A DNA stretch of 64,000 nucleotides. Origin: Macrostomum lignano. Taxonomy: Eukaryota. Positions 62,281 through 64,000 of this stretch are shown here, piece by piece. Location of the stretch: the NCBI GenBank assembly GCA_002269645.1, contig NIVC01000458.1:1-64000 (forward strand), given 5' to 3'. A program made the translations under genes and the position numbers. Under the pieces are notes generated by a model. The model had not been told where the DNA came from. It ran no database searches and saw only the letters and a list, made by a program, of their open reading frames with translations. Position 1 is the stretch's first letter. Every line of letters starts with the position of its first letter.

Positions 62281-62505
62281 GCCAAAGTGTTTTCTAAGCC
62301 TTATCTTATCAATGTATACCAACAAATCTCATTTGCTAAGGAAAACATCCTAGACTATAATCATTACATTGTTTGAACTGTACAAATGGATGTTATGCCT
62401 TTTAGCCTATAGAACAGAGGTCAGACATCCCAGAAATTAATTGATACTATCCTCTGTGGTCTTAACTATGTTATCACCTATGTGGACAACCTTCTTATTA
62501 GTCTC
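62281..62505 (+). mobile_element. Degenerate Ty3/Gypsy reverse-transcriptase fragment
   Basis: Translates AKVFSKPYLINVYQQI...VMPFSL*NRGQTSQKLIDTILCGLNYVITYVDNLLIS. This matches Gypsy RT motifs (FSKLDL..AYHQI, MPFGL.N..TFQR, YVDD) with a stop, a frameshift and YVDD changed to YVDN. Confidence 0.75.
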
Positions 62506-64000
62506 AGGTCAATTCAATGACAAGACATTTTGATGACAACAACTTTGATATCAACTTGGGACATTTTGGTAACACTAGTAGTCAATTTGGTAACAAGCTT
62601 TTTTAGACTTGCTTTTACTATTTTTGTTGGTAAATATTTAAATATAACTTAAGACAGAAGAAAACCATCTGACTATTTTAATAACATAGACTAAAGATAA
62701 TTTAGTACTTGTGTTGTGCATCTTTATTGACTTTATACAAAAGGAAATGATCTTCCTTGGTCAACTATGACCATCAATAGAATTCAGCCACTCAATTCCA
62801 AGGTTGATGCCATCTAAAAGGGATGCATACAAATTTGGGAACAAACAAATTTGGCAAAAGAGATTCATTATGGACAAATTTAGCAAAAGCAAATTTGGCA
62901 ACAATACAATACAGGCAAATTTGGCAAAATGTCTTATTTTAAAGTTATAGTTAAAGTTAAGTTGTTTTCTAATTGAGGAAGAATAAAACAACCTTATTAA
63001 AAAAAGTAGAGTAGAAATTTTGTTAAAATTCAAACTTCAATTCAAAGTGGGCTATAATTTTTGCAATTCAAAAGGATAGTCACATTATAATTTTTTAATA
63101 AGCATTTTATATAAAAACAATGGCATAGTACCCTCATCATGCCAAAAAACCAATTATAGGCCTACATTTATAGTTTTTCTCAACAAAAGGAGTCCAAACT
63201 ATTTTTTTCTAATATATTTCCTTTTTATTTCATCATTCTACTAATTCTTTATTCAAATCTGCATTTCGTATAAACCTACAGAGGATGGCTTAAGTAGAAG
63301 GACGGGAAACTGTTTTTGTTATGTAAAAAATTCCGTTTGTAGCTTTTCATATTAAAAAATGGGTTATTAGTGCAAAATGATCACAGAGCGTTATCTATGA
63401 AAAATACATTACCGGTAACCTGACGAAGAAAAAAAATCGAGACACTATAAAAGGCTATAACTTTGTATTACTTTACCAAATTTTACTAATAAGATATCAA
63501 AACGCTTATGTCAATAACTTCTAATAGATAAAAAATATATAATTTAACTTTAAAAATCTCGCTGGAGACTCAGGACTGAGAGTCCCTAGGCCCCTAACCT
63601 AATTTGAGCACTGAGAGAAACCGTCAGATTCGTAGAATTACAGTTTTTGACTTTGTACAGTAAGTTAAAAACCTTAACAAACAACATTGAAAAAATATAA
63701 GAAATTCGTTAGTTTTATTCAAAAGTTAAAAAATGCAGTTAATTTGTTTAAAAGTTACGGGTAAAATAATAATGAAGTTTTACATTACTTCAATTATGAC
63801 GCATACCCAATAATTGGATTGACATAATCAAGCCAGAGTATAAGACGACGGACGTCAGGCGTGCGTTAAGAAAACGATAATTATCAACTCTCTGAACATA
63901 TATTTATGTACTGTATAAGCCTAATGAAGTAAAGACTGTAGTTAATTCAAGTAAACTATTGCTGGAATATGCTCTTTGGAAAGTTTCTCTTTAAGAAAAG

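Overview
Eukaryotic (animal) genomic DNA with GC-rich, Gln/Ala-rich exons and introns packed with unrelated minisatellites. The style resembles the flatworm Macrostomum, but that assignment is inference only. Spliced gene models were reconstructed by hand from GT/AG boundaries and reading phase. They are: STPG2-like (minus, 7 exons, three apparent 1-bp indels), TTLL6/13-like tubulin polyglutamylase (minus, 12 exons, one GC-AG intron), CKS1 (plus, head-to-head with TTLL6), two tandem METTL7-like methyltransferases (minus, one with a CGA>TGA stop), RMC1/C18orf8 (minus, 5 exons), and an unidentified terminal exon near 61.5 kb. Mobile DNA with visible TIRs and TSDs includes two hAT-type MITEs, a nested MITE pair, a decayed IS630/Tc1 element, a P-element-like element, a TTAA-target element and a Gypsy RT remnant. 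The most striking structure is an 11.4-kb head-to-tail array of three non-autonomous Helitron units (49690-61099). It carries several minisatellite families, (CCCTAA)n and a tRNA-like Pol III head. Most long ORFs in the supplied track are artefacts of tandem repeats. There is no CRISPR array and no intact rRNA or tRNA.
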